From the NCBI GenBank assembly GCA_049322915.1, contig JBMOPW010000014.1, positions 376,983 through 440,982 on the forward strand: 64,000 nucleotides of DNA. The letters are read 5' to 3'. Positions 40,501-48,967 of the stretch are shown here, one piece after another (positions within the stretch are counted from its first letter, which is position 1; the number at the start of each line of letters is the position of its first letter). The notes under the pieces are model-generated. The model did no database searches, was not told where the DNA came from, and saw nothing but the letters and a program-made list of their open reading frames with translations. The translations under genes were made by a program, and so were the position numbers. Source of the DNA: Candidatus Zhuqueibacterota bacterium. GTDB taxonomy: Bacteria; Zhuqueibacterota; Zhuqueibacteria; Thermofontimicrobiales; Thermofontimicrobiaceae.

Positions 40501-41032
40501 GGCCGAGATTCAATCCCTGCCGGACAAAGCCCAGGTCAAGGTCGGCGCTATCATCACTCAGATTAAAAAACATTTTGATCGGAAAAATCGAACCATGGCC
40601 TTCGTGACCATCGAGGATCTCAGCGGCACATCGGAGATGATCATTTTCGCCGATGCCTATTCAAAATACCAGGAACTGCTGGTCGAAGACACGCTGGTGT
40701 TCGTGTATGGCAAGACGTCCTCAAAAGGGGATAATGACGATACAAAAATCCTCTGCGATGAGCTGATCCCGTTGGACAAAGTTTGGGATCGCTGCGCCAA
40801 GAATATCCACCTTTCATTGAAGTCCGAGACTACAACGAGCATGTTCATTCAACAGATAAAAGGGATTTTATCCAACAGCAACGGCCGTTGCGGCATTTAT
40901 TTCAATATTAAAACGCCGGAAAATGGTGAGTACGTTGTCAAATCCAAAAAGCTGATGGCCAGACCCTCGCCGGCGTTGGTTCATAAAATATCAGATTTGA
41001 TCGGGCAGGAAAATATTTCGATTGAATGTTAA
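37598..41032 (+). CDS. dnaE: DNA polymerase III alpha subunit
   Basis: HLHNHTHYSLLDG, GPGRGSAAGS, PDIDIDF and GYGFNKSH. Confidence 0.98.
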   Translation: MADFVHLHNHTHYSLLDGACKIDDMLETAKNFGMDALAITDHGNMFGAIEFYKKANKAKIKPIIGAEVYIAPASRFTKTSGKSGGSDTSFHLVLLAKNNQGYKNLMKLVSIGYLEGFYYKPRIDKEVLKQYSDGIIALTACLKGEVAQKIVRGQIDEAERAALEYREIFKDDFYLEIHRHNIPEEEIVLNAMTELSAKLSIPLVATNDIHYLKKEHAFAHDILLCLQTGKNIKDQNRMRYTTEEVYFKSPEQMKELFHDFPDAIQRTVEIANKCHLELDTKTIHLPSYTVPDEHQGSTLDEYLRYLTEEGVRDRYSEITPALQKRMDHELAVIQKMGYAGYFLIVKDFIDAARQRDIPVGPGRGSAAGSLVSYALRITNIDPIEYDLLFERFLNPERVSMPDIDIDFCYERREEVIQYVKEKYGDKNVTQIITFGTMAARGVIRDVGRVLEISLSDVDKIAKLIPATLGMTLDKALELVPELRDVAKQDDVHRQLIENSRILEGLARHSSIHAAGVVITPGELTNYMPLFKSSQGDVTTQFDMKSLDSVGVLKMDFLGLRTLTVMDDTLKLLRKRGVELDLDALNLEDPDTFKIFGNGETIGVFQFESSGMRDCLRRLQPQRIGDLIAMNALYRPGPMDMIDDFINRKHGRTSIEYLHPMLEPILRDTYGVMVYQEQVMRVASDLAGFSLGAADLLRRAMGKKEHALMTEQRLLFVQGAAKNGIDEKSADEIFTLMAKFAGYGFNKSHAAGYSLVAYQTAYLKAHYPAEFMAANMTSEMNNTSRIVILMEECRRMGIQILPPDVNESSIEFTVVGNSIRFGLGAVKNVGKNALTSILNAREKTGKFKTIFDLFQEIDTRLVNKKVLESLIQAGALDSLDGHRAQLVASLDLASGYCQSFAAHRANGQTSIFDAGDSNVALELPQLPKVEPWGKSEQLSREKELLGFYFSGHPLSKFDLEMQMFSKQTLAEIQSLPDKAQVKVGAIITQIKKHFDRKNRTMAFVTIEDLSGTSEMIIFADAYSKYQELLVEDTLVFVYGKTSSKGDNDDTKILCDELIPLDKVWDRCAKNIHLSLKSETTTSMFIQQIKGILSNSNGRCGIYFNIKTPENGEYVVKSKKLMARPSPALVHKISDLIGQENISIEC

Positions 41033-41075
41033 CAAGACCGATCCCGCCGTTGAATGAACTATCAGCCACAACGAT

Positions 41076-41365
41076 GATTTTTCGTAACTACTCAGGTTGG
41101 CTGGTTCAGCGTTCAGAGTTCAAGGTTAGAATCATCTCATTATGTCTATTTGGTAATTGAATATTCGTAATTGCTCAGCCACAAAGCTGAACGCGGTTTA
41201 AAAAAATGAATTGCCCAAAATACGAACGAATAAAATGTCATCTTCGTGTAACGTTGTGGCTTGGTGACTTCACGGCGAGACTACATGCCTGGAGAGCGAC
41301 GAAAATTCTCTTTAACCCTGAACCGGTAACCTTTAAACCTGGAACCTGAGTAGTTACGATTTTCC
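41076..41365. mobile_element. Nested MITE-like element (outer 41084-41357, inner 41167-41300)
   Basis: Perfect 17-bp inverted repeat TCGTAACTACTCAGGTT at 41082-41098 and 41343-41359. Outer flanks GATTTTTC/GATTTTCC, inner flanks GAATATTC/GAAAATTC. Subterminal heptamer runs. Confidence 0.8.
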
Positions 41366-41460
41366 TATGAATTGAACCACGGTGCATTTGCCAATATCTG
41401 GCCGTTTATTTTGAACCGCACAAGGAACGAACGCCTGAATGGATTGGAGCGGAGATCGCA

Positions 41461-42024
41461 TTGCGGAAGACAATTGACCGAGTGATAGGTTTGATACTGC
41501 ATCCGAATCGTACCTGGGACGAGATACACGCTGAACAGGCCACTGAAGCGGGAATCATCCGGAATTTTGTGGTGTATGTGGCCGCTATTCCGGCCATCTC
41601 CGGATTGCTGGGATCGTTGTCACTGCATTTTACATTCCTATCCTCGATGAAATGGGCTGTTGTCTTCTATCTCTTTGCCATCCTCGGAATCTGGTTTTCC
41701 GCTGAAGTGCTGCACATACTGGCCGTACAATTCAAGTGCGAAAGCAATCGCGTCCAATTTTTAAAACTGACCTCTGCTGCCTTCGCCGGCATTTTTGTCG
41801 GATTTGTATTTTTCATTGTTCCGGCAATATCTGGTCTATCAATACTGGGCGTGTATGGTTTTTATGTTTTCTGGATTGGATTCCCCCGGCTGGTGCATTG
41901 CCCTGAGGAGGCGAACTTCACGTTTTCCATCATTGGCCTCATCGTTTTGGCGCTTGTGCTCGCGGCGCTGTTTCTGTTCTCTGCATTGGTTAGCCAGACA
42001 TTGGTTCCCTTCCTTCGGCTTTGA
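41461..42024 (+). CDS. Yip1-family membrane protein
   Basis: RVIGLILHPNRTWDEI N-terminus and about five TM helices. Confidence 0.85.
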   Translation: MRKTIDRVIGLILHPNRTWDEIHAEQATEAGIIRNFVVYVAAIPAISGLLGSLSLHFTFLSSMKWAVVFYLFAILGIWFSAEVLHILAVQFKCESNRVQFLKLTSAAFAGIFVGFVFFIVPAISGLSILGVYGFYVFWIGFPRLVHCPEEANFTFSIIGLIVLALVLAALFLFSALVSQTLVPFLRL

Positions 42025-42279
42025 TGCGAAGCCCGAACGCTCTGTTCGAATGACCGCCGGGATGAATGCGATGAATCCGAAGAGATGCCAGGCATGATTT
42101 GAGAGCTGTTCTCTGTGCGACCACAAGCGCATATCGTTTCACCGAGTGTAATTACCACTAATTTCTTCAGAATATGAAGCTGTCAGGATTGATGTCTGTC
42201 GTTTGTAAAGCGCGGCAATTACCTCCGCCAGCGTCTGAAGATAAAAATTACGATTCGCGGAATCAGTTTTCAGTCGAAC

Positions 42280-42313
42280 AGGGACAGGCGAAGTGTGTAG
42301 CCGTCCCTTTTTT
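42280..42313 (+). terminator. Terminator-like hairpin directly upstream of the next ribosome-binding site
   Basis: AGGGAC(A)GGC ... GCCGTCCCT followed by a T-run. Confidence 0.55.
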
Positions 42314-42332
42314 CATACACCCCGGGAGGTTT

Positions 42333-42635
42333 ATGACAACCAAATCGAGCATTATCCTTATCGTGTCAGGCATGGTAATTTCCATTCCCATCACCTGGCT
42401 GCTGGTCAATCAGGTGGGCAAACTGGTGGCGCCGTTTAAAAAGGCGTATTTGTATTTAATCCTTCTGGTACTGCCTGCGTGGGAATCGCGGAAATTTCTG
42501 GTTGGCAGCCGGCAGGCGTTTGAGGAGACATTCTTTTATTTTTGGATTCTGTACACCATCGCCATGTTAATTCTATTCGTTTTCGAATATCAAAGGGCTT
42601 CAAAAAAGACCGACGGAAAGGGGCAAGGACTGTGA
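42333..42635 (+). CDS. Small hypothetical membrane protein, 100 aa
   Basis: GGAGG immediately before ATG 42333 and three hydrophobic segments. Confidence 0.7.
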   Translation: MTTKSSIILIVSGMVISIPITWLLVNQVGKLVAPFKKAYLYLILLVLPAWESRKFLVGSRQAFEETFFYFWILYTIAMLILFVFEYQRASKKTDGKGQGL

Positions 42636-42652
42636 CACATCAAGGTTTGAAA

Positions 42653-44251
42653 ATGAATGCCTCGCTTATTTTGCTCAATGGAAAATTCTGGACAGTCAAC
42701 GAATCCCGGCCCTGGGCTGAGGCCCTTGTCATGTCAAGGAATGAAATTATCTTTGTCGGCGCTTCGGCTGAAGCGCGGGCGTTTTCAGGCAGGGAAACAA
42801 AGGTCGTGGATCTGCGTGGTAGTTTTGGACTGCCCGGATTCAATGATGCGCATCTTCATTTTGCCGATGGATGCTATTCATTGGTGGGAGTGGATTTGCG
42901 GCCGGCTAAAAATGAGACCGATTTCGTCCAGCGGATCGCTGAATATGCCCGCAAGACGCCAGCCGGCACGTGGATCACCGAGGGCAATTGGGATCATGAA
43001 GTCTGGCCCGGTCAAAAGCATCCGACCCGGGATTGGATCGATGCGGTGACGCCGCAGCACCCTGTATTTGTCAGCCGCATCGATTATCACATTGCGCTGG
43101 CAAACTCGCTGGCGCTGGAACTGGCCGGCATCACAAAGGATACGCCCAATCCGCCGGGCGGTGAAATTGGCCGGGACCCAAACACCGGGGAACTGACCGG
43201 CATTCTCGTCGATAAGGCCTGGGATCTGATCTTCGCGGTGCGGCCGGTGGATGACGCAGCTCAGGCGCTGCCCACGTTCAAAGTCGGGCTGAATTATGCC
43301 GCTGAGCTGGGAATCACCAGCTTTCAGGACAATTGCACGAAACGGGATTTTCAGGCCTATCAGCTTTTGCATAAGCGCGGAGAATTAACCGCGCGAGTGA
43401 ACGCCTGGTTTTCGATCGATATGCTGGATCATTTCGAGCAAATTGGTTTTTTCGAAGATTTTGGGAATGACATGCTGCGCGTAGGGGTCATGAAAATTTA
43501 TGTGGATGGTTCCATGGGCGCGGGCAGCGCGTATTTTTACGAGCCATACACGGACAACCCCGCCACCTGCGGTTTGCTTCTCAATGACGAAGGCCAGTTG
43601 AATGAACTCGTCCTTCGCGCGGATGCCGCCGGTTTGCAGATCGCGGCGCATGCCATTGGCGACAGAGCCAACGAGATGATCCTCAATGCGTTTGAATTGG
43701 CCTTTGCCAACAACAAACCTCGCCAACGTCGTCATCGGGTGGAACACGCGCAGGTGGTCACTGACAGCGATATGGCGCGGTTCCGGGATTTGGGGATTAT
43801 CGCCTCCATCCAGCCGTCGCATTGTATCGACGACATGCACTGGGTCGAAAAGAGAATCGGCTCCGCGCGCAGCAATATCGCCTATCGCTCCGGTTCGTTT
43901 TTAGGGCATGGCATTCCATTGGCCTTTGGCACGGACTGGCCTGTGGAGTCGCTCGATCCTAAAATCGGACTGTACGCGGCTGTCACGCGGGAGGACATTC
44001 ATGGTGGGCCGGCTGGCGGCTGGCGGTCGGAGGAGAAAATGTCGCTGGACCAGGCCATTAAAAGCTATACTCTGGCGCCGGCGTTCGCTGAATTCTCCGA
44101 AGGGAAAAAGGGATCGATCGAGGTTGGCAAATTGGCAGATTTAGTGATTCTGGATAAAAATTTATTCGACATTCGGCCTGAAAAAATTTTGAGCGTCCGG
44201 GTGCTTTACACTGTCATGGACGGGAAAATCGTTTACCAGAGGGAGTCATAA
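42653..44251 (+). CDS. YtcJ-like amidohydrolase (Amidohydro_3)
   Basis: PGFNDAHLH, DGSMG, HAIGD, RVEHAQ, GTDWP and GKLADLV. Alternative GTG start at 42632. Confidence 0.93.
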   Translation: MNASLILLNGKFWTVNESRPWAEALVMSRNEIIFVGASAEARAFSGRETKVVDLRGSFGLPGFNDAHLHFADGCYSLVGVDLRPAKNETDFVQRIAEYARKTPAGTWITEGNWDHEVWPGQKHPTRDWIDAVTPQHPVFVSRIDYHIALANSLALELAGITKDTPNPPGGEIGRDPNTGELTGILVDKAWDLIFAVRPVDDAAQALPTFKVGLNYAAELGITSFQDNCTKRDFQAYQLLHKRGELTARVNAWFSIDMLDHFEQIGFFEDFGNDMLRVGVMKIYVDGSMGAGSAYFYEPYTDNPATCGLLLNDEGQLNELVLRADAAGLQIAAHAIGDRANEMILNAFELAFANNKPRQRRHRVEHAQVVTDSDMARFRDLGIIASIQPSHCIDDMHWVEKRIGSARSNIAYRSGSFLGHGIPLAFGTDWPVESLDPKIGLYAAVTREDIHGGPAGGWRSEEKMSLDQAIKSYTLAPAFAEFSEGKKGSIEVGKLADLVILDKNLFDIRPEKILSVRVLYTVMDGKIVYQRES

Positions 44252-44253
44252 CC

Positions 44254-45321
44254 ATGTCCGATTTTGGTCGCGAAGAATTTGATCGCTACTCGCGGCAGAC
44301 GAATTTCGTCGGCCTGGGTCGTTCCGAACAGGAATTATTGGCGAAAAGCCGCGTGTTGATTCTGGGCTGCGGCGGCCTTGGCTCAGCTTCGGCGTCGCTA
44401 TTGGCGCGCGCCGGGGTGGGCTATCTTCGATTGGCTGACCGCGATTTCATGGAATTGAGCAATCTGCAGCGTCAAATTTTATACGATGAACACGATGTCA
44501 AAGAAGGGCTGCCCAAAGTGATCGCTGCTCAGCGGAAGTTGCGCGAAATTAACGCCAATACAAGAGTCGAACCCGTGATCGCGGATGTGAATCGCACGAA
44601 TATCGAGTCGCTCATTGAGGGTGTTCATCTGGTGATAGATGGTTCGGATAATTTTGAAACGCGCTATCTTTTGAATGAGGCCTGCGTCAAACACAATGTA
44701 CCCTGGATTTATGGTGCAGCCGTTGAGTCGTACGGCATGTGCATGAATATCATCCCTCGGAAAACCGCCTGCCTCCATTGCGTCATGGAACACGTGCCCC
44801 GGCCAAATGCGACTCCAGCCAGCGAGACAGAGGGAGTTCTGGGGCCGATTGTCACCATGATCGCTTCGATTCAATCGGCGGAAGCGATGAAGATACTGAC
44901 CCATAAAATGGATGCATTGAATAAAGCAATCATCGTCATCGATCTGTGGCAGAACAGCTATCAGGCCATCGATATCGCCGCCCTCCGTGAGACGGTGAAT
45001 TGCCCTGTTTGCAGTCAGAGCAAATTTGAATATTTATCCGGTCGATTTGGAAATTTGTACACCAGAGTGGTCGGTCAAAACGCGGTGCAGATTATCCCGT
45101 TTGAAACCCAGAAATTGGATTTGCCCCGGCTGGCCATTGAGTTGGCGTCGCAGGGGAGTGTCAAAGTGAATGAGTACGTTGTCCGCATTGAAATTGACCG
45201 ATGTGAACTGTCGATTTTTCAGGATGGCCGAACTGTCGTCAGCGGGACCGCGGATACGGGCATTGCCCGGAATTATTACACAAAATACGTGAAGCAGTGT
45301 GTGGATTCCCATCAGCAATAA
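44254..45321 (+). CDS. ThiF/MoeB family adenylyltransferase
   Basis: RYSRQ, GCGGLG, DRDFMELSNLQRQ, DNFETR and two CxxC motifs. Confidence 0.92.
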   Translation: MSDFGREEFDRYSRQTNFVGLGRSEQELLAKSRVLILGCGGLGSASASLLARAGVGYLRLADRDFMELSNLQRQILYDEHDVKEGLPKVIAAQRKLREINANTRVEPVIADVNRTNIESLIEGVHLVIDGSDNFETRYLLNEACVKHNVPWIYGAAVESYGMCMNIIPRKTACLHCVMEHVPRPNATPASETEGVLGPIVTMIASIQSAEAMKILTHKMDALNKAIIVIDLWQNSYQAIDIAALRETVNCPVCSQSKFEYLSGRFGNLYTRVVGQNAVQIIPFETQKLDLPRLAIELASQGSVKVNEYVVRIEIDRCELSIFQDGRTVVSGTADTGIARNYYTKYVKQCVDSHQQ

Positions 45322-45354
45322 AAAAGCAGAATCCTGATTCAGGTTCTGCTTTTT
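45320..45354. terminator. Bidirectional rho-independent terminator
   Basis: AAAAAGCAGAA(T)CCTGA / TCAGGTTCTGCTTTTT. Confidence 0.85.
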
Positions 45355-45424
45355 GTATAAAAATTGGTTAGCCTGTAACCGCTTTCGGCAATAAAATCCA
45401 GCGAAATTAACTTCCTAATAAGAC

Positions 45425-45765
45425 ATAGAACACGGATGACACAGATGACGCGGATTCGCACGGATTTCTTTTGATTCAATAAGCAAAAAGATTTATAAAA
45501 ATCAATTCATTGTATCAAAATTTATGGCGAACTTAAATGACCAAATCTCAATGGATTCCATAAGTTTTTTATCTGCGTTCATCTGTGTCATCCGCGTAAT
45601 CCGCGTTCTATTTCTTTTTTGGAGGCTCAGTTCGCCAGTATTTTATAGAACACAGATGTCACAGATGACGCGGTTTCGCACGGATTTCTTTTTAGTCAAA
45701 TCTCAATGGATCCTAAAAGTTTTTATCTGCGTTCATCTGTGTCATCCGCGTAATCCGCGTTCTAT
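45425..45765. repeat. Two tandem palindromic elements (45425-45611 and 45645-45765) made of ~9-nt CACAGATGA-like units
   Basis: Each begins ATAGAACAC(G/A)GATG and ends ATCTGCGTTCATCTGTGTCATCCGCGTAATCCGCGTTCTAT. Copy 2 is 66 nt shorter internally. Confidence 0.92.
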
Positions 45766-45933
45766 TTCTTTTTGACTCTGGCTTGTCCAGGTTTATTTCC
45801 CATCAATGAAAATTGCCGGTAACTTTATAGCCTGTCAGGAATCCCTGCCATGCTGCCCGGTTTTGCCCTCCATGAACTTGAGAAATCAACACCCTGCTAA
45901 TTTCAATTGAATTAAAATCAGGTATCAAGTGAA

Positions 45934-46170
45934 TTAATTTTCAACCTGCGGTTGCTTCTTGCCCCGAGCTTTTTCGATAATGCGATTCAGCTCCGCCACT
46001 ATTTCATCGATATTCTCAAATCCCATCAATCGCGCTTGCAACTCAAGCGTTCCCCATGCGGGTCGCCCGCCTCAGGAGAAGCAGTATAAACCCAGATGAT
46101 GCAACGGATCAATCAACTCCGGATATTGATAGACTATTTCTGAAAAACTCGTCTGCTTGTTGATGTACAT
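45934..46170 (-). CDS. DUF1858-like protein with CxxU motif, candidate selenoprotein, 78 aa
   Basis: Manual translation MYINKQTSFSEIVYQYPELIDPLHHLGLYCFS(TGA)GGRPAWGTLELQARLMGFENIDEIVAELNRIIEKARGKKQPQVEN*. CAGGAG upstream. TGA at 46072-46074 occupies the second Cys position of the family CxxC. Confidence 0.8.
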
Positions 46171-46252
46171 CGTTCTGCTCCTGTCAGATCATATTTCAAG
46201 ATTTCGTTGATTAACCTATTCGATGGTGGAGCAGTGAAAAGGATTCAGGAAA

Positions 46253-47419
46253 TTATTTTTTCCCCCATTTTTTAAGAAGCGCCTGAGTGTCGCTGAAAAA
46301 TTGACTCTCCGCAGTGATGGCTGCCAGTTGGTTGGCCGCCAGTTCCCGCTGTCCGTTTAGTCCGTAAGCCAGCCCAAGATAATACACCACCCGATCCAAT
46401 CCGTTCAGACGGTATTTCGAGTTCACCGCATCTGCCTGTTGCAGTGAGGAAATTGCCTCCTGCAAATGTTTGGCTCTGACTTTTTTCTTTGTCTCTTTTT
46501 TCGAGTAAAGCGCTAAATGAGATAGCCCATTGTAAAAGTACAGATCCCGAAAATAGGGCGTGAACTCCGGCGCCACCTTCTTTGTCTCGAGGTCGGCCAT
46601 AGTAGCCTCGAGATTCTCGAAAATGTAAATGGCGGACTCGTATTCCTGAATTGTATAATAACCGACGCCGTTTTTGAAATCACGGATGAATGCGAACAGC
46701 AGGGGATCCCTGGTCGCTTCTATATCCTGGTCCACACCCCGAAATGTGCTGGAGTCGTATTCGTAGGGAATCCGTGTTTCAGAAAGAAACCGGGAGTAAT
46801 CATTCCTTTGAAAGAGTGAATCGTAGCTCAAAAGGAACAGAATGACCGCCGTGGAAACAGCGGAAATTAGCAGTGCGAAACGCGGCGATAGACGTGGAAT
46901 TTTCAGACTGTCCCGGAGGGACTCGAAACGATGTCTCCAACTCTCGGCTGGTCGGAGGGCATTGGTCATCGCTTCCGGTCCTGCCTGTTCCCGCGCATTC
47001 AGAATGTCGCGGAGAATGGCTTCGTTGTCCTTCAACTCAACGTGGGCCAGGTCGGCATCCGGTTCAGGGGATAGCTCCGGCAGGGCGCGCTGCAATTGAT
47101 CGAGAACGCGCTTGTAAAATAGCGGCGAATGAATAAGCCCGTGTCGGAATTGGCGCGCATCGCCTGCACTGAAATTGCCTGTGAACAGCCGCTCCAGCAA
47201 TTGTTCAACCTGACTGAACGACGCATCGGGCAAATTGGTCCGCGCTGGCTGCGCTTCGGCGTCCGCCGGCGGACTTGCATTTTCAATCAATTCAAAAAGC
47301 AATTGGTACAGCGGATTTCCCTCGCGAATTTTCCTGATGCTCTCCTGCGCGGAAAAATCGCTGTCGCCGTTCAAAAAAGCAGCTATCTCATGATGGAGTA
47401 TATCGCGTCGATTTTTCAT
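46253..47419 (-). CDS. Membrane-anchored anti-sigma-like protein with C-terminal TPR region
   Basis: Central TM (FALLISAVSTAVILFLL), TPR-like YFYNGLSHL and YYLGLAYGL. ATGA overlap with the upstream gene. Confidence 0.7.
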   Translation of the reverse strand: MKNRRDILHHEIAAFLNGDSDFSAQESIRKIREGNPLYQLLFELIENASPPADAEAQPARTNLPDASFSQVEQLLERLFTGNFSAGDARQFRHGLIHSPLFYKRVLDQLQRALPELSPEPDADLAHVELKDNEAILRDILNAREQAGPEAMTNALRPAESWRHRFESLRDSLKIPRLSPRFALLISAVSTAVILFLLSYDSLFQRNDYSRFLSETRIPYEYDSSTFRGVDQDIEATRDPLLFAFIRDFKNGVGYYTIQEYESAIYIFENLEATMADLETKKVAPEFTPYFRDLYFYNGLSHLALYSKKETKKKVRAKHLQEAISSLQQADAVNSKYRLNGLDRVVYYLGLAYGLNGQRELAANQLAAITAESQFFSDTQALLKKWGKK

Positions 47420-47823
47420 TTTGCTTTCATGTCCACGAGTTCTTTTTGTTTATAATAGTAATTTCTCATTACCTGGCTGAAGTCCTCAAAGCATCGATAG
47501 CAGGTATTGAGATGGCTGAAGATGCGTTCGCAATTGCCCTGCGCATTTTTTTTCGGAGAACCAAAGGCGAGAAATTCCAGATAGAAATCGATATGGCCGC
47601 CGAGAAAATTGGTCTCCCCGTTGCACATGGTGTCCGGTATTTCAGCAAATATATCGGCTGCATAGTCCCGCTGCTGAAGTTCGAGCATGCGATTTCGCAC
47701 CTGGGCCAATCCATCCGCTTCATGATCGGCCAGAATCGAAGGATGATTCGGCGCTCCGTTCGTTCGCTCATATTCCAGGTAAGCTAAAATTTGTCCAAGT
47801 ATTCGGTTTGAAATCATGTCCAT
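47416..47823 (-). CDS. Soluble protein with zinc anti-sigma (ZAS)-like HxxxCxxC motif
   Basis: SHLNTCYRC motif, and it lies directly downstream of an ECF sigma gene. Confidence 0.7.
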   Translation of the reverse strand: MDMISNRILGQILAYLEYERTNGAPNHPSILADHEADGLAQVRNRMLELQQRDYAADIFAEIPDTMCNGETNFLGGHIDFYLEFLAFGSPKKNAQGNCERIFSHLNTCYRCFEDFSQVMRNYYYKQKELVDMKAK

Positions 47824-47883
47824 TCTGTCGGGTTATTTCCGGAATTTAGGTTGTGTCACGTTGAACGAACCGTCCCCCTTCAT

Positions 47884-47919
47884 TTATAGAGACGGATTTC
47901 TGATAAATTCTCTCGACAC
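47884..47919 (-). promoter_or_regulatory. Putative ECF-dependent promoter, copy A
   Basis: GTGtcGAGAGAAT-N15-CTCTATAA, matching copy B. Confidence 0.65.
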
Positions 47920-47920
47920 C

Positions 47921-48562
47921 TTACTCCTTTTGCCCTGGAACATTGAGTTGCTGCCGGATCCGGTTGACGACAACATCGACAGCGTGCGGCTCCATGCTTT
48001 TCAAACAGGGATGATTCTTTTGCATGGGCGCTGAAAAATCGGCCCAGACATAGAGGAGAAAGACGTGAACATCCCGTTCGAGGTTGCGCTTTTTCGCGCC
48101 CGATGCGCTGCGCAGCCTGGCGACGATGGCTTCGTAAAGCTCCCAGCGCGTGTCAAAATCCAGGTCAATGAGATATTCAATGAACGTATCGATTTCCGTC
48201 TCCGAGAGGACCCGGGTAAAATGGCTTTGAATGAAACGACCGGTGGACCGGCTGCAAATAGTCGCCAGCCAGGATAAAAACATCTTTTCATTATCCCGCG
48301 CGCGGAAATCCTTCAGTGCTTTGCATGCATTGTTGCACAACACCATGATCACTTCAGAAAAAATATCGTTGACCGTCTCGGAATACTGGATATTCAATCG
48401 GGGCACATTCCATTTCCTGCAACTGCGCGCCACGTGATTATAAATGAACAGCTTGTACCGTTCAATGAATTGCCGCCATGCATGTTCATAGTCTGCACTG
48501 TCCGGGTGACTGCAATCATCGATCAACTGCTGAAATGAAAAGGTTGGGTCGTTCTGATTCAT
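47921..48562 (-). CDS. ECF sigma-70 family factor
   Basis: Region 2-like AWRQFIERY ... VNDIFSEV ... FLSWLATICSR. Divergent region 4 (ERDVHVFLL ... AVDVVVNRIRQQL). Confidence 0.78.
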   Translation of the reverse strand: MNQNDPTFSFQQLIDDCSHPDSADYEHAWRQFIERYKLFIYNHVARSCRKWNVPRLNIQYSETVNDIFSEVIMVLCNNACKALKDFRARDNEKMFLSWLATICSRSTGRFIQSHFTRVLSETEIDTFIEYLIDLDFDTRWELYEAIVARLRSASGAKKRNLERDVHVFLLYVWADFSAPMQKNHPCLKSMEPHAVDVVVNRIRQQLNVPGQKE

Positions 48563-48915
48563 CGAAGTGGGTATCTGATTTTATAATCTTTCATAGACTC
48601 AAGAGAGAGTTCAATGGTATTCTTAAGAGTTTGCCTGTTGATAAAACAGCGCCGGCGGCTCGGAAATCAATTGGATGAGTTGTCACTGTACCGAACGCAC
48701 TGAAATGCCCGCGCGCCTATTTTGATTGATCCGAGATCAGCATTCCGGCAGCAGACGTTGTGGCTTTTCAAGGATGAAATGGCTGTTTGAGTAGTGCGAA
48801 CGCCGAAGTTGTGAAGAAAAAACAAAAAAACTGCCTCATCATGTCCGTTAGAATATTTCAAAAAGTTAAGCAGCTAATAGATTGATTTTTAACCTCGGAA
48901 TAAAATTTTGAAATG

Positions 48916-48944
48916 AATCTATTAAATATTCCATAAAAAAGCAA
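48916..48944 (-). promoter_or_regulatory. Putative sigma70 promoter for the ECF gene
   Basis: TTGCTT-N17-TAGATT, back to back with promoter copy B. Confidence 0.45.
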
Positions 48945-48967
48945 GAAATTTTTGATACAATGACGTT

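Noticed and set aside
37598..41032. Intein in dnaE (nrdJ also checked)
   Set aside because: Lengths are normal, motifs are contiguous and no splice-junction signatures are seen.
45425..45765. CRISPR array
   Set aside because: Only two palindromic units, no regular repeat-spacer period and no cas genes.
45524..45775. 83-aa ORF
   Set aside because: It is a translation of the palindromic repeat (ICVIRVIR-type low complexity) with no clear RBS.
46072..46074. Genome-wide TGA reassignment (code 4 or 25)
   Set aside because: TGA ends conserved genes at expected positions (ribBA, cobO, export lipoprotein), so any recoding is site-specific.
48667..48861. 64-aa ORF upstream of the ECF sigma gene
   Set aside because: Non-ATG start, no RBS and no motif. 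More likely part of a long untranslated leader.
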